From: a virus
Lineage: Duplodnaviria; Caudoviricetes
Strand: one strand, 5' to 3'
Virus record (IMG/VR): IMGVR_UViG_3300008267_006855
Span: 1,192 to 65,191 of that record
Length of the DNA: 64,000 nt
Shown here: positions 29,918 to 39,854 of the stretch, piece after piece
Position numbering within the stretch: the stretch's first letter is position 1
Layout: each line of letters starts with the position of its first letter
The notes under the pieces: model-generated
What the model was told of the DNA's origin: nothing
The model's input: the letters and a program-made list of their open reading frames with translations, nothing else
Databases searched by the model: none
Program-made: the position numbers and the translations under genes

Positions 29918-32900
29918 AAAAAGTCCCTGCATCAATTATGCCACCATAATCTGTGGAATATAATGATCCTGCGAAAATTGCACCAGCCACACCAGCTCCA
30001 CCAGCGAGTATTAAATCTCCAGAATTTGTATTTACAGATGGAAAACCACCAGCTATTCTCAATGTTCCGGTCATTGTATCACCTGGTCTTTGAACAGCAT
30101 TTGTAGTCTGACTTAATGCTGTTGTTGCATCAATTAAGGCTTGTGCAGCATAACCGTATGCCACATTTGCACTATCAAAAGCTGCGGCCGCATAGTTAAA
30201 GGATGAGTTTGCAGTATTTCTTGCATACTGATCAACATTGTTTGGTAAAGTGGCATCAATTGCTTGTTGAGCTAAGGCTAATGCTTGTGAGATTCTATTA
30301 TTCTGTGTACCATCAACATTAGATTGATATTGTATCTGACTATTGATATCATTAATGGTGCCTGCAAAAGACTCTACTGTAGAGATTGCAAGATTTGCTT
30401 TATTGAAAGCGGAATTAATTGCTGATTGTTGAGAATTGGCTTTATCAAAAGCTAATTGTGCCGTTACTTGTACAGTATTGGCTTTATTAAACGCAGCCTG
30501 TGCATGAGAAAATGCAGAATTAGTTCTGCTGAATACCAAATCAGTATAAGTTATTGCAGAGTTTGCTCTATCATAAGCACCATTAGCTTTTGATCTTGCG
30601 TAACTATCTGTAGAAGATATGGTAACATTAGCGGAATTAGCTTTGTCAAATGCTGCTTGAGCTAATATTGTTGCATCATTAGATTTTGAAAAACTTGCTT
30701 GAGAATAATTAGTTAGATAAGCAATGTCTGTTCGTGCAACAGTATCTATTTGATAAACACTATTTGATTTTGCATATGCAGCTTGTGCAATATTAAGTGC
30801 CGAATTTGCTGTTATACTTGTTGCATTTACTCTTGATCGAGCCCAAGGGTCAACATTATAAACAGTAACATCAACGTTTGCCAATGCACCAGAAGAAACA
30901 ACAATATTATTTGCATCAACCCATCTTAATGTTCCAAAACCATCTGTCGATAGAATTTGGCCCATTTGACCAAAAGAACCATCAGCATATATTCCACCAT
31001 CAATATAAAGATTATACCAATGATGTGATATGTCACCTAAATTTTGGCCTAGTACCTTTGGAGATATATCACCATCAAGTTCAATACTTCCATCAATGTT
31101 GAGCATTCCTGAACCAACATTAATATTTGGAACAAATAATGTATTTGTTGAAGAATCAAATCTTAAATTTGCAGAACTACCAAAAATACCATTATTGTTA
31201 TATTGAACCCAAGTATTATTTCCTGTAATTGTTGTTACGCCATTTGCTTTATTGAAAGCGGCTTGCGCTAATGAATTTGCAGAGTTGGCTTTATTAAATG
31301 CTGATTGTGCTGAATCTGTGGCTGCATTTGCTTTATTGAAAGCAGCTGGATTATATGTGTAATTGTTTGCATAATCATATGCGGCTTGTGCTATACCTCT
31401 TATATGAAGAATTTCATCATCTTGTATAATATTTTGTGCTTGAGCTTCAAATGCTTCTGTAAGTGCAGTATTAGCTTGTCCAAAAGCTAATTGTGAATAT
31501 GTTATTGTAGAGTTTGCTCTTGCGTATGCCGACTGTGAATAATTATCAATTGCTGATATTCTGGTATTCTGTGTTGTATTAACGCCAGCTTGATATGATA
31601 TAGAAGAATTGGCTGTGTTTAATGCACCTTGTAAATACTGACCTTTTAAAGAAGCATCTATAGCGGTATTGTCTGCACCAAAAGCAAGAAGGAACGCATC
31701 GTTGGCACGGTCAAATACTGTAGATACTCTAGATGATACTGCATTAATATTATTGTTTTGTGTGGTATTAGTAGCAAACAATATAGAAATATTTGCATTT
31801 GCAGCATTGATCGCACCTTGCAAGTAAGAAATATTTGCAGATACATTTGTTGCATTGGCTGCATTAAATGCCAGTTGAGATATTGTTTGTGCAGTATTGG
31901 CTGCTGCATAGGCCGCATCTAATCTGTCTGATAGACCAGTTACACGGGTGTTTTGTGAAATATTTATTAATGAAACAACATCAATATTTGCATTAGCCGT
32001 ATTCAATGCACCTTGTAAATAGTTTGCCAAATTGGCTGCACTATTGGCTTGATTGAAAGATGCTTGAGAAATTGAAGATGTGGAATTTGCTTTGGTGAAA
32101 GCTGCATCTAATCTGGTACTAGTTTGGCTTATCTGAGTGTTCTGCCAGTCATTTAGATTGTTTAATCTTTCTATGTTGACATTCGCACGGTCTAAACCAC
32201 CTTGTAAGTACAATGTATTTGCCGATGCGGTATTAGCCTTATCAAATGCAGATGCAACAGATGGCTGAAGTGCAATAGTATTGGCTGAAGCAGAGTATGC
32301 AATCGTATTTGCAGTATTTGCTTGTGTATAAGCATTGGCTGCGGCTAGTTCTACATGACCTAGTCTGGTGTTCTGTGTTGCATCGATGCCATACAGAACA
32401 GTTATGTCTGATACTGCACCAGACACCAGAGGTTGTAATGTTACTGTGTTGGCTGATGCAGAATATGCAACTGTGTTAGCTGCATTTGCAATAGATAGTG
32501 CGGCTTGTGCGGCTACATTTGCAGATATTCCATTGGCTGCAGCCGAAGTTGCAAGAATGTTGGCTGCATTGGCCAAATCGTATGCAGAATTTGCTTTGTT
32601 GCTGGCAAAAGTAATGCTATTATTTTGAGTTGTTTGTATGCCAAAAAGATAACCTATATTGGCTTCAACTGCATCAACTTCTACTTTTAATGTTACTGTG
32701 TTAACTGAAGCTAGAGTTGCAGTATTTTGTGCATTATTGGCTGCATTGAATACTATCTGTAAATCTCTGGATATATCAGAATCAATAATCTCAACAACAG
32801 AATTGACACCATTTACAGATTTACCAATGTATAGTGTATTGGATACAAAAGAATAAGCTAACTGGCCATCTTCTAGAAAAGCTGGTGCTGTATTACTATA

Positions 32901-32924
32901 TGAACGAAGAATCTGATCGGCCAT
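29916..32924 (-). CDS. Long Ala/Asn-rich coiled-coil fibre
   Basis: 1002 aa; many AF(N/D)(K/Q/R)AN and QN(T/N)RI repeats; ends IDAGTF. Confidence 0.8.
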   Translation of the reverse strand: MADQILRSYSNTAPAFLEDGQLAYSFVSNTLYIGKSVNGVNSVVEIIDSDISRDLQIVFNAANNAQNTATLASVNTVTLKVEVDAVEANIGYLFGIQTTQNNSITFASNKANSAYDLANAANILATSAAANGISANVAAQAALSIANAANTVAYSASANTVTLQPLVSGAVSDITVLYGIDATQNTRLGHVELAAANAYTQANTANTIAYSASANTIALQPSVASAFDKANTASANTLYLQGGLDRANVNIERLNNLNDWQNTQISQTSTRLDAAFTKANSTSSISQASFNQANSAANLANYLQGALNTANANIDVVSLINISQNTRVTGLSDRLDAAYAAANTAQTISQLAFNAANATNVSANISYLQGAINAANANISILFATNTTQNNNINAVSSRVSTVFDRANDAFLLAFGADNTAIDASLKGQYLQGALNTANSSISYQAGVNTTQNTRISAIDNYSQSAYARANSTITYSQLAFGQANTALTEAFEAQAQNIIQDDEILHIRGIAQAAYDYANNYTYNPAAFNKANAATDSAQSAFNKANSANSLAQAAFNKANGVTTITGNNTWVQYNNNGIFGSSANLRFDSSTNTLFVPNINVGSGMLNIDGSIELDGDISPKVLGQNLGDISHHWYNLYIDGGIYADGSFGQMGQILSTDGFGTLRWVDANNIVVSSGALANVDVTVYNVDPWARSRVNATSITANSALNIAQAAYAKSNSVYQIDTVARTDIAYLTNYSQASFSKSNDATILAQAAFDKANSANVTISSTDSYARSKANGAYDRANSAITYTDLVFSRTNSAFSHAQAAFNKANTVQVTAQLAFDKANSQQSAINSAFNKANLAISTVESFAGTINDINSQIQYQSNVDGTQNNRISQALALAQQAIDATLPNNVDQYARNTANSSFNYAAAAFDSANVAYGYAAQALIDATTALSQTTNAVQRPGDTMTGTLRIAGGFPSVNTNSGDLILAGGAGVAGAIFAGSLYSTDYGGIIDAGTF

Positions 32925-33178
32925 TAGTATCTTCCAGAATCCGTGCCACTAATCTGTGACAAGAATGTTGACACAGGAATGGTTTCAAACTTACCTGTGT
33001 TTGCATTGTATACAATTACGGAATTATTGGCCAGTTGAGTTGTGTCCATATCAGTCAGAGATTTCAATGTTCTACTGCCATATGATATGGTAGATACCTT
33101 TGCCTTGGTATCTTTAACTTCTACTTTTACGGTAGATAAACTAGTTGGTGTGATTTTGACACGAATGTTTGATGACAT
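32924..33178 (-). CDS. Small fibre-anchoring protein
   Basis: 84 aa; L..LTDMD...NNSVIVYN...KF motif; ends TDSGRY; translationally coupled to the next gene. Confidence 0.7.
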   Translation of the reverse strand: MSSNIRVKITPTSLSTVKVEVKDTKAKVSTISYGSRTLKSLTDMDTTQLANNSVIVYNANTGKFETIPVSTFLSQISGTDSGRY

Positions 33179-33181
33179 TTT

Positions 33182-33520
33182 CTACCTTGTGACAGCTGGA
33201 GAAACCTCAAAGATTCCCTCCAAGATCCTAGTTGTTGTATTATTTGCACTTTCTCTAATGATAGTGTCATAAACATAACGACCAGGAGCAATATTTGCTG
33301 TCACAGTTGCAGGTAGTGTAAGTGTAATGGTACCTTCAGACACATTTATAGATGTCGAAAAGGTTGCTGTTGCGTTTGCAGAGTAATATGACTTACGAAT
33401 CTGGCTATTTGCTGTATAACCAGTCAAGTCATAATTTTGATTGTAGGCGTCATCGACCGTTATTGTTATTGTAAAAGTCGAGCCTTGTTCGGCGAATAGG
33501 TTGGAGTATGCAGCTGGCAT
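33182..33520 (-). CDS. Conserved small virion protein (BppU-like Ig fold suspected)
   Basis: EQGSTF...DLTGYTANSQIRKSY...GRYVYD...RILEG; GAGGA RBS and late-promoter box upstream. Confidence 0.7.
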   Translation of the reverse strand: MPAAYSNLFAEQGSTFTITITVDDAYNQNYDLTGYTANSQIRKSYYSANATATFSTSINVSEGTITLTLPATVTANIAPGRYVYDTIIRESANNTTTRILEGIFEVSPAVTR

Positions 33521-33549
33521 TGTTTCCTCATTAAAAAAACCTTCTGGAC

Positions 33550-33557
33550 TATTTAGT
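33550..33557 (-). promoter_or_regulatory. T4-type late promoter (ACTAAATA)
   Basis: Intergenic, upstream of a GAGGA RBS. Confidence 0.6.
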
Positions 33558-33559
33558 TG

Positions 33560-33650
33560 CCATTAGGACGCCAGGAGTAAAATCGCTTTTTTAAGACCAG
33601 GAAAGCGTCCGGAGTTTTTTTGGGCCGGAACGAAAATTTTCGAAATTTTA
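33560..33650 (-). other. GC-rich intergenic element with overlapping inverted repeats
   Basis: GGACGC (33566-71) / GCGTCC (33605-10); TCCGG (33608-12) / CCGGA (33625-29); CCAGGA direct repeat; near-palindrome AAAATTTTCGAAATTTT. Confidence 0.55.
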
Positions 33651-34319
33651 GGTTTCTTGAGTTTCTATCCAGGAATGAAGATTTGCCAAATGTTCTTCAT
33701 TCAAACATAATAACTGTGGAAAAACATTTAACCACAAGTAATCGACACCTGGTACGGTTGCTTTAATTGACAAAGCAGCTGGTCCTTCTCTTAGTAGATC
33801 AAAAGTACAAGTAGCACCATTTACCACATATGTTGATTTTTGAGATGCACCTAGACCATTGATAGAAATGGTATCAGAATTGTCACCTGTTGTGTTGTTT
33901 TTAATTCTTATATTTTGAATTTCTTCACAAATATTATGGTTTTCATCATAAACACCAACTTTCAAGGTAATGCGATTGTTTTCACCATATATCTTCTTCA
34001 GGTTTGTGTCATAATATGTGTGGTCAAGCAATTCTACCTGTAATTGTTTTAAATGCACAGTTCTATTGTCATTATCTAAAAAAGCCATCATTTCTTTATT
34101 GTTAATACTCATACTTAACATAGTATATTCTTCTTTTGTTAAGTTCTGAAGGTGGTATGAAGGCCATCCAGCACCATCGTTCAGTCCTTCAACAGGAACA
34201 ATGAAACCAACAAAACCAGTAATATGTCTATTTTCTGGATTAACATATACAGTATAATTTTTTCTTGGATCATACTGTTGTTCAACAGCAATTTCCGTAA
34301 CTTGTTCAAATTGTGACAT
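33648..34319 (-). CDS. Hypothetical protein, co-transcribed with the U32-family gene
   Basis: 223-aa ORF starting 3 nt after the upstream stop; no family recognised. Confidence 0.7.
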   Translation of the reverse strand: MSQFEQVTEIAVEQQYDPRKNYTVYVNPENRHITGFVGFIVPVEGLNDGAGWPSYHLQNLTKEEYTMLSMSINNKEMMAFLDNDNRTVHLKQLQVELLDHTYYDTNLKKIYGENNRITLKVGVYDENHNICEEIQNIRIKNNTTGDNSDTISINGLGASQKSTYVVNGATCTFDLLREGPAALSIKATVPGVDYLWLNVFPQLLCLNEEHLANLHSWIETQET

Positions 34320-34322
34320 TTT

Positions 34323-35333
34323 TTACCTTTTTAACCTTGGAAACAATTTAATTAATACATCATCACATAAAGTACATTCTGTACCACAAACATTTTTACA
34401 ATTTTCTGTAACTTTATTAAATCCTACATCAGTCAATTCATCCGCAGAAGTGTTCATCAATATATTTGGCGGTTTAGTTGAAAATAGGTCTTTTAATTGA
34501 GCACTACTATCTTCATACATATAAGCTTTGGTCAATTTAAGCCATTTTTCAATTGGAACACCACGACCAGCAAGTTTATATATATCAACTAAATCATCAA
34601 ACTTCTGTAAATTATTTGGTAGAGTAAAAGCAGTTTTTAAGTATTGCTGAGGCTTTTCCTCAAAGTAATCCGTACAACCTAACTTTTGGTGTACAATATT
34701 GATGACTTTCATATTTGATTTCTCATTGGTTTGAGCAATCATCATGTCATCTATATTCTTCCACAAACAATCCACAATACAACCTTCATTTATCAACATG
34801 GTAATTGGTATATTCAGACTATTACAATATTCTCGGATCTTTTTCAACTCATCTAAATTACGGTTAAGTGAACGATCTACAATAATACTGCGAATAGACA
34901 AAACTTCAACCAAAAACATCACATCTTTAAGTGTTCTTGGTATGTTATTAACTGAATTCTTTACTTCTAATGGTTTACCATCATTTCTCACATTCCTGAG
35001 AGCGCTCATAAAAAGATGATCTCTCATTACATAAGTGTTGTTCATGCAAACTATGTCAGGATCAACTTGTTTTATGTGAGCAAGAACTTTATCTAATTCT
35101 TCATAAAACTCATTCGAATAATAATTACCATTAATTAAATATTGTAACTTGATACCATATTTTTCTCTAAGTTCATAAAGCTCTGAATAATTTTCAGGCT
35201 TAAGTGATAAAGCTCTGGCTGAGCCAAATGCATTATCAGAGAAATATATGTCATTAATTCTTTTTGTTGGTAATTCTTCAATAACATCAATTATGCCAGG
35301 TGTGTATGGCAACGAAAACATCCTATTTTTCAT
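34323..35333 (-). CDS. Peptidase-U32-family (Fe-S, TIM-barrel) protein
   Basis: VDRSLNRN, MLINEGCIVDC, YKLAGR (cf. K.EGR of U32 proteins) and a C-terminal CKNVCGTECTLC cluster. Confidence 0.7.
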   Translation of the reverse strand: MKNRMFSLPYTPGIIDVIEELPTKRINDIYFSDNAFGSARALSLKPENYSELYELREKYGIKLQYLINGNYYSNEFYEELDKVLAHIKQVDPDIVCMNNTYVMRDHLFMSALRNVRNDGKPLEVKNSVNNIPRTLKDVMFLVEVLSIRSIIVDRSLNRNLDELKKIREYCNSLNIPITMLINEGCIVDCLWKNIDDMMIAQTNEKSNMKVINIVHQKLGCTDYFEEKPQQYLKTAFTLPNNLQKFDDLVDIYKLAGRGVPIEKWLKLTKAYMYEDSSAQLKDLFSTKPPNILMNTSADELTDVGFNKVTENCKNVCGTECTLCDDVLIKLFPRLKR

Positions 35334-35350
35334 AATGTACTTTCAATCAA

Positions 35351-37282
35351 TTATGGATTATAACCTAAATTCAAATATAAGTTTCTTTTCTTGGTTGCAA
35401 GTCCAAACCAACGGGCACCAATATTTGCATTGTGGTATGTAGCAACTGCATACACATTACATTCAATATTGTAGTGACCCCAATAAGGACTTGTAAAATC
35501 TGTTGTAACTGGTGTCATATTAACATAAAATGCCATAGTTGCGCCTGTACCTTTTGTAGAACTTCCTGGTGAAGAACCGCTCAACCATGGATAATCCCAA
35601 AAGTTAATTTCGTATATTTTAAACAATGCAGAGAAAGCTTGGAAATCGTAATTGCCTTTCCAATCTGGTCTTGTATTTGCTTCATTTTCAACTCTACCAG
35701 CAATATATCGTGTATTTGATAGACCGGCTGCATTGGCAACATCTATACGCATTGTAATTATAGCTCTATAACCACCGCCACCCGTTGTATTATATGTAGA
35801 ATTAATGACGCTATAATTTTGGCCAATTGTGTTTGCTTGACCGGTGATGCTGGCATTAGTTTGATTGTAAATATATGATGGTGCGCCTGCTTGTGTAACA
35901 CTTCCATCTAATGCATTTGTAGCAGTCAGCTGAATATCAAGAGAACCTAATACATTGATAAACAAATCAGAAGGTAAAGAAACAAGATCAGATAAACGAA
36001 CAGCAGAATTTGCACCTAATGGTTCTGGAATATTAGATAATGCAGTTATAATTGCACTATTAACATAAGTAACAACTGTTGTTGGTGGTGTGTTACCAGT
36101 AATCAATTGACTGGTTACATTTGTAATATTTACACCATTTGAAAAAAGATTTCCTGATGCGTAAATATTTCCTGCATTAATATTAGCTGATCTAAAAGAA
36201 GCATGATTAATGTCAATATTATTATTTGAATCAACTTCTGGTTCATAATTATAAAATGCATAAAAATCTGTAGTTCCAGATTTTCTAAAAAAACCAGCAT
36301 GACGATTTGTTGCGCCATCATTATAGTTACTTACAAATCCAATATCATGTGTGTCTGAATAATAATTATTTGCACCAAGATACATCAATGTGTCATTGGC
36401 TGTAATTGATGAAGTTAGAATTTCTGTTGTGGTGCCTTCAACAATTAAATTTCCTGTTACATTGAGATCACCAATTTGTAATGCGGCATTGTCAATTTTT
36501 ATAGAACCGTCAACTAATTTGATAGCTGCATTTCCAATATAAACAGATCCGGGACCAACATAAACAGAATGAAAAGGACTATTTGCAGAACCTAAATCAT
36601 AAGTATTGGCAGTTGTTGGTAAAACATCACCCGAAACATAACCAGCATAATTGAAAACAGAACTTTGTGATATCCATGTATTACCATTAACGGCAGAATA
36701 CATCAGAATATTGTTTGCAGCACCAGGTGTTACTTCTTTTAATGGATTTAAACCATTACCAACTAACACCGAATCAGGTGTTGCATTAATAACTTGTCGT
36801 GCTAATAATGTGTTATATGCTGTTACTATTCTTACAAAATCATTTTCTCTGGCCGGTATTTGAAGAATTATATTTTCACCATCAGAAGCTTGATAATCTA
36901 GATTGCCTAATTGAACACCGTTAACATAAACATCAACATAACCTAAATCATACCTTTGAACTGGAAAAAGTGTTTGTCCAGAAGTGGCATAATATTCAGC
37001 TACTTGTCTAAATGTTTTTGGTGCTGCGATGCCTGAAGCTGGAATAGCAAGGTATCTTATTTGAATATTACTTGTGCCAGCTGCAGGTGGTGTGGCAAAT
37101 TTTATATAAGTTCCATCGAAATAATAATCTTCTGGACTGATAACAGCTCCATCTATAACAACGATAGCTGAAACAGGAGAACCAGGTTCAATTGTTGTCA
37201 CAAATGAATCTAATACGCCGTTTCCACTAAAAGAATCGTAGTAATATTCTGCTATTAATGGTTTTGCGCCGATGTAACTCAA
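35351..37282 (-). CDS. Tail fibre protein (MSYIG head)
   Basis: TTG start with AAGGA RBS; FSGNG..F..PP and YATSGQTLF..DVYVNGVQL modules; D..DIGFV module; unique C-terminal domain. Confidence 0.8.
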   Translation of the reverse strand: MSYIGAKPLIAEYYYDSFSGNGVLDSFVTTIEPGSPVSAIVVIDGAVISPEDYYFDGTYIKFATPPAAGTSNIQIRYLAIPASGIAAPKTFRQVAEYYATSGQTLFPVQRYDLGYVDVYVNGVQLGNLDYQASDGENIILQIPARENDFVRIVTAYNTLLARQVINATPDSVLVGNGLNPLKEVTPGAANNILMYSAVNGNTWISQSSVFNYAGYVSGDVLPTTANTYDLGSANSPFHSVYVGPGSVYIGNAAIKLVDGSIKIDNAALQIGDLNVTGNLIVEGTTTEILTSSITANDTLMYLGANNYYSDTHDIGFVSNYNDGATNRHAGFFRKSGTTDFYAFYNYEPEVDSNNNIDINHASFRSANINAGNIYASGNLFSNGVNITNVTSQLITGNTPPTTVVTYVNSAIITALSNIPEPLGANSAVRLSDLVSLPSDLFINVLGSLDIQLTATNALDGSVTQAGAPSYIYNQTNASITGQANTIGQNYSVINSTYNTTGGGGYRAIITMRIDVANAAGLSNTRYIAGRVENEANTRPDWKGNYDFQAFSALFKIYEINFWDYPWLSGSSPGSSTKGTGATMAFYVNMTPVTTDFTSPYWGHYNIECNVYAVATYHNANIGARWFGLATKKRNLYLNLGYNP

Positions 37283-37305
37283 AATAGTTCCTTTATTTTC
37301 TCAAA

Positions 37306-37313
37306 TATTTATT
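37306..37313 (-). promoter_or_regulatory. T4-type late promoter (AATAAATA)
   Basis: Before 35351..37282. Confidence 0.55.
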
Positions 37314-37533
37314 GTGTTTTTGGAGGAAAGGGTTTTACTACCGCTTCAACCGAATCATAGTAAGATGTGCCTGGATGTGTTGAACTTAAACATTCAATCC
37401 AGAAAAGAGGTTCTCCAACAGGAAATTCTTGTCCATCTTCTACAACTTGAACAACTCTTTTTCCAATTACTGGTGGATTTTCTTGTACTCTAGGATCTTT
37501 AACAACTTCATTAGGTGATATTAAAGCTTTCAT
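37309..37533 (-). CDS. Small protein, possible fibre assembly factor
   Basis: 74 aa, MKALISPNE...FPVGEPLFWIEC; coupled to the upstream gene. Confidence 0.7.
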   Translation of the reverse strand: MKALISPNEVVKDPRVQENPPVIGKRVVQVVEDGQEFPVGEPLFWIECLSSTHPGTSYYDSVEAVVKPFPPKTQ

Positions 37534-38420
37534 TAGTTATACTCCGCCCAAGATACTACTGATGTGTTTCCAGCATTGTTAGTGACTATAGAATATGTAT
37601 TTGATGCTGGGACAAGAAATGATATTGATTGTCTATCTCCAGAATTTCTTATGGTATTACTTGCAATAGTTACGGCACCAACGTTAGCAGTAACAGTTAT
37701 TGCGGAAGCACTTGTTGTTGATGCCCAAACAAAACTAACAATCATTGGTTTGTTTGTAGAATTTGTATACGATGTGCCGAGTGCTCTAACACCAGTTCTA
37801 TCAGTTAATGTTTGTTGATAACCAAATAATCCTTGATTGTACCAATCAAAATAATCATATGTTCTAGAAATCCATGCTGTTCCATTTGAAACATATGTGC
37901 TGTTTGCTGTGCCTGGATGTAAAAACAATCCGTAAGATGGATAACTGATCCAATCATTGCCAGTATCTACAAGGATATTATTAGCAGCTGCAGGTCTTGG
38001 AATAATACCAATGCCACGGGTTGTGGCATTTGCCGAATACCATTTTGTACCATCAGAAACAATCACATTATTTGGTGATCCTGGAGCAATGGTATCTACC
38101 GGATTGAGGCCTCTGCCAATTAAAATACAATTGTTTGCTAACTCTGAACCGCCAGTCCCTCCAGAAGTGACAGGAAGTGTGTTGGATGTCAAACTGCCTG
38201 TTGTCAGAGCGTAGATCGCACCGCCGACATTGAAAGACGCCAGGCCTGTTCCTCCAATATTTGTTGGTAATGTTCCAACTTGTATAATATTGTTGCCTGT
38301 GGTAAAGTGCAAAGCACCATTTGCATGATAGGCATCTCTACCAGTACCACCACGCCAGATATTTAAAATACCAAAATTTGTATTACTTGCTAAATTGGCT
38401 AGATTTGCTGCTTTTGTCAT
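37533..38420 (-). CDS. Tail fibre protein
   Basis: GGTG repeats, PG..NN...SDGT.W repeats, C-terminal R.LGTSYTNSTNKPM domain. Confidence 0.8.
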   Translation of the reverse strand: MTKAANLANLASNTNFGILNIWRGGTGRDAYHANGALHFTTGNNIIQVGTLPTNIGGTGLASFNVGGAIYALTTGSLTSNTLPVTSGGTGGSELANNCILIGRGLNPVDTIAPGSPNNVIVSDGTKWYSANATTRGIGIIPRPAAANNILVDTGNDWISYPSYGLFLHPGTANSTYVSNGTAWISRTYDYFDWYNQGLFGYQQTLTDRTGVRALGTSYTNSTNKPMIVSFVWASTTSASAITVTANVGAVTIASNTIRNSGDRQSISFLVPASNTYSIVTNNAGNTSVVSWAEYN

Positions 38421-38430
38421 TTATTTGCCT

Positions 38431-39843
38431 TTAGTATTCTATCAGAACCATTCCATCAGGTATAGATGCTGCATCTGGCCGATGATCACCTTGACCATAA
38501 GAGAACAATGAACCAGCAGGTTTGAATGATTGTCCTGTTATATTGAAATCTCCTGTGGCACCCAATCCATCTCCGCCATCTTGAGCAACACCCCAATAAT
38601 CATAATAACCACCAGAACCACCAGTTGCAGTACAGTATGCACCGAAAGATGTTGTGCCTCCGGTATTTGCTGTTCCAGAGTATGCATTGATTGATGCACC
38701 TTTTGTGCCAATCGTAACAACAACATTTTCACCACCATTTAAACCTGTAATATATTTAACAGCTATTCCACCGTTACCTCCACGGGAACCATATAATAGA
38801 TTAGGTGAAACTGCAAAACCTCCACCACCACCAACGCAAGTAACTTTTAAGTTTCTGATACCTTGTGGTACGGTATATGTTGTGCTTGATGTTATTTTTG
38901 TTCCTCGGCCACCACCAGCAAGTTGTGTTGTTGCAATTCCGTAATCTAGCACATTGCCTGATACCCAATTTGTTCCATTTGAAACAAGAATATTGTTTGC
39001 TGTGCCTGGTGCAACAGTAGAATAAGGACTTGCACCATTTGTGATTACAACAGAATTTGCAGTTGGGCTACTTAATCCTGTTCCACCTGCAACAGAAGGT
39101 AGTGTGCCGGTTGTTAATGTTGAACCATTAATTGCATATAGAGCTGTGTTTGCAACGAAAGATGTTAAACCTGTTCCACCATTTGCAGTTCTTAGTGTAC
39201 CACCTAGTGTAACATTTCCTATTGTTGCAACCAAAGGTGTTAAACCTGTATTGCCACCACTAAAAGATGTTTGCAAAAGATATCTATATGTTGAAGCACC
39301 CGTTAAATATGTATCTCCGTTTGCGGTACCTGTTCCAAGGACAGTTGGACTAACAATGTTGTGATCAATGCTCTCTGCATTAATGCCTGTTAATGTATAT
39401 GCATTACCATAATAATATCCATCGATGTAGATATTCGAATTTGCGTGTAATACATTTACATTTGCCCAATTACCATAAACGGTAAAATTCCTTAGAATAT
39501 TAACATCACCTTGAGAATTCCATTCTGGTGCACCAATAGCTAGAGATCTATAAGAAACTGTGCCTTGAGCAGGAGCAATTAAAGATGTTTGTCTAGAAAG
39601 ATAACGAACAACAATATTATTTGAACCATTTGTTGGTGCAGTATAAAATGTTAGTTCATTTGTTCCTCTATTAATATAGTACGTTGCTGGATTACCAACA
39701 AGACCATTAACAACCACTTGAACATCATTTTCAGATTCAACATATCGTGTGAGTTGAAATCCTGTTCTTACACCATTACCAGAAAAAAATTCTATTCCAG
39801 GTGTAATCCAGTTTTCTATATTAGAATTGCCAATGTAACTCAT
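38431..39843 (-). CDS. Tail fibre protein with Gly-rich tip (MSYIG head)
   Basis: 470 aa; GGTG repeats; TYTVPQG..KVTCVGGGGG...GMVLIEY tip. Confidence 0.8.
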   Translation of the reverse strand: MSYIGNSNIENWITPGIEFFSGNGVRTGFQLTRYVESENDVQVVVNGLVGNPATYYINRGTNELTFYTAPTNGSNNIVVRYLSRQTSLIAPAQGTVSYRSLAIGAPEWNSQGDVNILRNFTVYGNWANVNVLHANSNIYIDGYYYGNAYTLTGINAESIDHNIVSPTVLGTGTANGDTYLTGASTYRYLLQTSFSGGNTGLTPLVATIGNVTLGGTLRTANGGTGLTSFVANTALYAINGSTLTTGTLPSVAGGTGLSSPTANSVVITNGASPYSTVAPGTANNILVSNGTNWVSGNVLDYGIATTQLAGGGRGTKITSSTTYTVPQGIRNLKVTCVGGGGGFAVSPNLLYGSRGGNGGIAVKYITGLNGGENVVVTIGTKGASINAYSGTANTGGTTSFGAYCTATGGSGGYYDYWGVAQDGGDGLGATGDFNITGQSFKPAGSLFSYGQGDHRPDAASIPDGMVLIEY

Positions 39844-39854
39844 GTCAACCTTTA

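Noticed and set aside
33560-33650. tRNA or Rho-independent terminator
   Set aside because: No cloverleaf or T-loop motif, and no U-tract after either stem on the transcribed strand.
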